Of a DNA stretch of 64,000 nucleotides, positions 60,021 through 64,000 are shown piece by piece (the first letter of the stretch is position 1; every line of letters begins with the position of its first letter). The position numbers and the translations under genes are program-made. The stretch lies in assembly GCF_009914755.1 (NCBI RefSeq), contig NC_060933.1, one strand, 5' to 3'. The DNA comes from the human T2T-CHM13v2.0 reference genome, Homo sapiens. Under the pieces are notes generated by a model that was not told where the DNA came from, ran no database searches, and was given only the letters and a program-made list of their open reading frames with translations.

Positions 60021-61264
60021 TTATAATTTTAGCTCTTACATTTAGATCTTTAATCAATTTTGAATTAATTTTTGTGTATGACATAAGGTAAGGGTCCAAC
60101 TTCATTCTTTTATATGTGAATATCCAGTTTTTCCAGCACCATTTGTTGAAGAGACTGTTTTTCCCCATTGAATGGCCTTGGCACCCTTTTCAAAAATCAG
60201 CTGACCATAGATGTGAGGGTTTATTTGTGGATGCTTAACTCTATTCCATTGGTCTAATATGCCTATTAGCCTGTTCCCCTGGTCTGCATGCCAGTACCAC
60301 ATGTTTTGATTACTGTAGCTTTGTGGTAAGTTTTGAAATTGGAATGAAAGAGTCCTCCAACTTCATTCTTTGTTAAGATTGTTTTGGCGATTCTGGATCC
60401 CTTGAAATTCCACATAAATTTTAGGGTGAGTTTTTCCATTTCTGCAAAAGAAACCATTGGATTTTTTTATGGGAATTGCATTGAGTCTGTAGATGACTGG
60501 GTAATCTTGACATCTTATCAATATTAAGTCTGACAACGCATAAACACAGGAATGTCTTTTTACTTATTTAGGTTTTCTTTAACTTCTTTCAGCAATGTTT
60601 TGTAGCTTTCAATGTACATCTTGCACCTCCTTGGTTAAATTTATTCCTGCATATTTTATTATTTTTGATGCTATTGTAAATGGAATTGTTTTCTTAATTT
60701 CTGCTTTGGATTTTTTATTGCTAGTATACAGAAAGACAACTGATTTTTGTACATAGATTTTGTATCCTACAACTTTGCTAAATTCATTACTAACTCTCAC
60801 ATTTTTGTGTAAGTGGGTGGATTCTTTAGGGTTTTCCATATATAAAATTATGTCATCTTAAAATATAGTTTTGCTTTTTTGTTTCCAATCTGGATGCCTT
60901 TTATTTCCATTTCTTTTCTACTACCCCTGGCTAGGACATCCAGTACCATGTTAAATAGAAGTGGTGAAAGCAATAAAAGCTTCTGGTCCTGGATTTTTCT
61001 TTGTTGAGAGGCTTTTGATTACTGATTTAATTTTGTTACTTCTTACAGGTCTATTTGAGTTTTCTATATGTTTGTAATTCAGTCTTGGCAGGTTTTGTGT
61101 CGGTTCTGGAAGTTTGTGTGTTTTTAGAAATTTGTCCATTTCACCTAGGTTATCCAGTCTGTTGTTGTACAGTTTTTCATAGCATTCTCTTATAATCCTT
61201 TTTATTTCTATAGTCAGTAGTAATGGCCCTTCTTTCATTTGTGATTTTAGTAATTTGGGTCTCC

Positions 61265-61684
61265 TGTTTCTTTTCTTTTTCTTTCTTTCTTTTTTTTTTT
61301 TTTTTTTTGAGACGGAGTCTCACTCTGTTGCCCAGGCTGGACTGTTTCTTTTCTTTTTCTTTCTTTCTTTCTTTTCTTTCTTTCTTTTTTTTTTTTTTTT
61401 TTTGAGATGGAGTCTCACTCTGTTGCCCAGGCCGGAGTGCAGTGCTGTGATCTTGGCTCACTGCAACCTCCACTTCCCGGGTTCAAGCTATTCTCCTGCC
61501 TCAGCCTTCTGAATAGCTGGGACTAGAAGTGCATGCCACAATGCCCAGCTAATTTTTTGTATTTTTAGTAGACATGAGGTTTCACTGTGTTAGCCAGGAT
61601 GGTTTCGATCTCCTGACCTCACGATCTGTCCACCTCAGCCTCCCAAAGTGCTGGGATTACAGGCTTGAGCCACCGTGCCTGGCC
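61265..61684 (-). mobile_element. Alu with tandem-duplicated 3' end
   Basis: Tail plus ~34 bp of Alu occur twice; TSD ctcctgtttctt. Confidence 0.93.
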
Positions 61685-64000
61685 TCCTGTTTCTTAGTCT
61701 AACTAAAGGTTTGTCAATTTTGTTGATCTTTTCAAAGAACCAGCTTTTGGTTTCATTGATTTTTCTCTATTTTTCTATTCTCTATTCTGCTTATCTCTTC
61801 TCTAATCTTTTGTTATTTTCTTCCTTCTGCCAGCTTTGTGTTCATTTGCTCTTCTTTTTTTAGTTCCTTAATATGTACTGTTAGATTGTTGATTTGAGAT
61901 CTTTCTTCTTTTTTGATGTAAATACTTACAGTTATAAATTTCCTTCTGAACACTGCTTTTGCTGTATCTCATAAGTTTTGCTATGTTGTGTTTTTCATTT
62001 TGACTTGTTTTAATGTATTTTCTTATTTCCTCTTGTGATTTCTTCTTTAACCTATTGGTTAAGAGTATGTTATTTAATTTCCACATATTTTTGAGTTTTT
62101 CAGTTTCTTTCTGTTATCAATTTCATATTTTATTCCATTATGGTTGAAAAATATACTGTTTATGATTTTAATCTTTTAAAATTTATTAAGACTTGTTTTG
62201 TGGCATAGTATATGGCCTATCATGGAGAATGTTCCATGTGTACTTCAGAAGACTGGATATTCTGCTATTGCTGAGTGGAGTGTTTTATGTGTTCGTTATG
62301 TCTAATTGGTTTATAGTGTTGTTCAAGTCTTCCATTTCCTTATTGATTTTCTATCTGGTTGTTCTATCCATTATTCAAAGTAGAGATATTAAAGTCTCCA
62401 ACTATGACTGCAGAGCTGTCTCTTTCTTCAAGTTTGTCAATTTTTGCTTCATATATTTTGGGACTCTATTTTTAGATATGTATATGTTTATAATTATTAT
62501 AAAATTTAATATTTATTAGTGGATTGACTATTTTATCAGTATATGATGTCCTTCTTTGTCTCCTGTAACCCTTTACTTAAAATCTGTTTTGACAATAATA
62601 TATTAATAGCTATCTCAGCTCCCTTTAGCTCACTCTTTGCATGGGATATCTAGGTTAAAAGCATCTTCTTCTGTGAATCCTCACAATAGTCCATTAGCAA
62701 AGTAGTAACCCAAACTTGTTTCTTACAACAGAAGTGACTGAATTCACAAGAGCCTGATGATGAATATAAGAACAAAAATCCTCTAACCTAATAAGGGAGG
62801 GAATGCATCCCATAAATGAAGTACATCTAAAATGTTGTGGAGGGGCATCAACTCAACTATTTATTTATTCCTTAATCTTATAGCCCTGAGCACCTACTCA
62901 ATGCCAAGCCCTGAGCTGGACATAGCATTTAATCACTCATGGCCTCTGCTTCCAGGACTTAAAGGATGATGCAGGCAAACAGAGCCATTTTAAGACATTC
63001 TTGAGCTACATCTAAGTTTCTTCACCTGTGAAAAAGGGATATTAGCAGCATAACTTCACAGAGGTGTTATAAACGTTAAATTAATTTAAAATATGTAAAG
63101 CGCTTAGAACAGTGCTTAGAGCATGTAAGCACCCAATAAATGTCACCTATGATCATTATTATTGTCACCATGGGCCTTAATCACTCTTTCTTTTGTAAGC
63201 CTTATCCCACCAGTTAAAGTTAAATGTTTTTTCTGTAAAAGATAGGAGATTTCAGTAATTTTTTTAAATTTAGAATTATTTTCAATTTTACAGTTTTCTT
63301 TTTATGTTTGGGAATCAATATATTTTGGGCAAGCTCTTGAAAACTCCCAAGACTGTAACTCTGGTCTCCAGTGGCTAAAGTGGCCCTGCCCAGAGTGATC
63401 ATGTAGGGCCGCACAGGTGGTGCTTACTGCACAACTCCAAGGAAAACCAGTCTCATAGACTACAAACTGAATGCCCTCATCCCCATTCCCAGGGATGTGT
63501 AGTGCAGCATTCCTGGCCTTGTCGGTGAGTAAGTCAAAGACTACTACACAAAGCAATAAAGATCACTTCCAGTTGGGAAAAAGAGAAGGCTTTATGGAGG
63601 GATGGCATCTGATGAAGAGTGAAAGAGCCAGTCTGCAGAGATGCTCTGTGAAGGGCATTCCAGGCAGAAGGAACAGTAAAAGCAAAGCAAGGGGGCTACA
63701 GTTGGGGAAGAGCAGGTAGCTCTATTTGGTTGGAGTAAAGGATGTGTGAAAGGGGAAGAGGGAAGTAAGTCTGGAGAGAGGTAAAGAATCCAGATCATGG
63801 ACAGCTTTGAGTGGCAGGCTTACAGTTTGAATTTTGTTATGTAGGCAATGAGAAGTCATTGTACGTTTTTGAGAAGGGAGGTGTCATTATCAAGACTATG
63901 CTCAAAGAAGGTCCCTCTGGAAGCTAGTATGGGAGGTAGACTGGAGAGGGCAGAGACTGGGAGAAGGAGACCAGTAAGGAGATGATTGCAATAGTCTTGT

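Overview
Hominid (most likely human) genomic DNA, judged from Alu, SVA, THE1/MST, MIR, L1 and L2 repeats. About half or more is interspersed repeat, with one CpG-island promoter at ~49.4-50.0 kb. No intact protein-coding gene was found; the long ORFs in the track are repeat or GC artefacts. The main result is a chain of short minus-strand segments between ~47.7 kb and ~20.3 kb, most with canonical splice sites. Spliced in order, they give a degraded protein collinear with the UFM1-activating E1 enzyme UBA5 (ThiF/MoeB family). The lesions are an Alu inserted in an exon, two TGA stops, frameshifts and a decayed donor. This suggests an intron-containing, diverged, dead UBA5-like paralog. The alignment was done by eye against the UBA5 sequence recalled from memory and needs computational confirmation. 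Other notable items are a 5'-truncated SVA with no target-site duplication (candidate insertion-mediated deletion), a Ricksha/MULE transposon with transposase remnants, an unusually long L2, and several small templated or tandem repair scars. Repeat coordinates are approximate.
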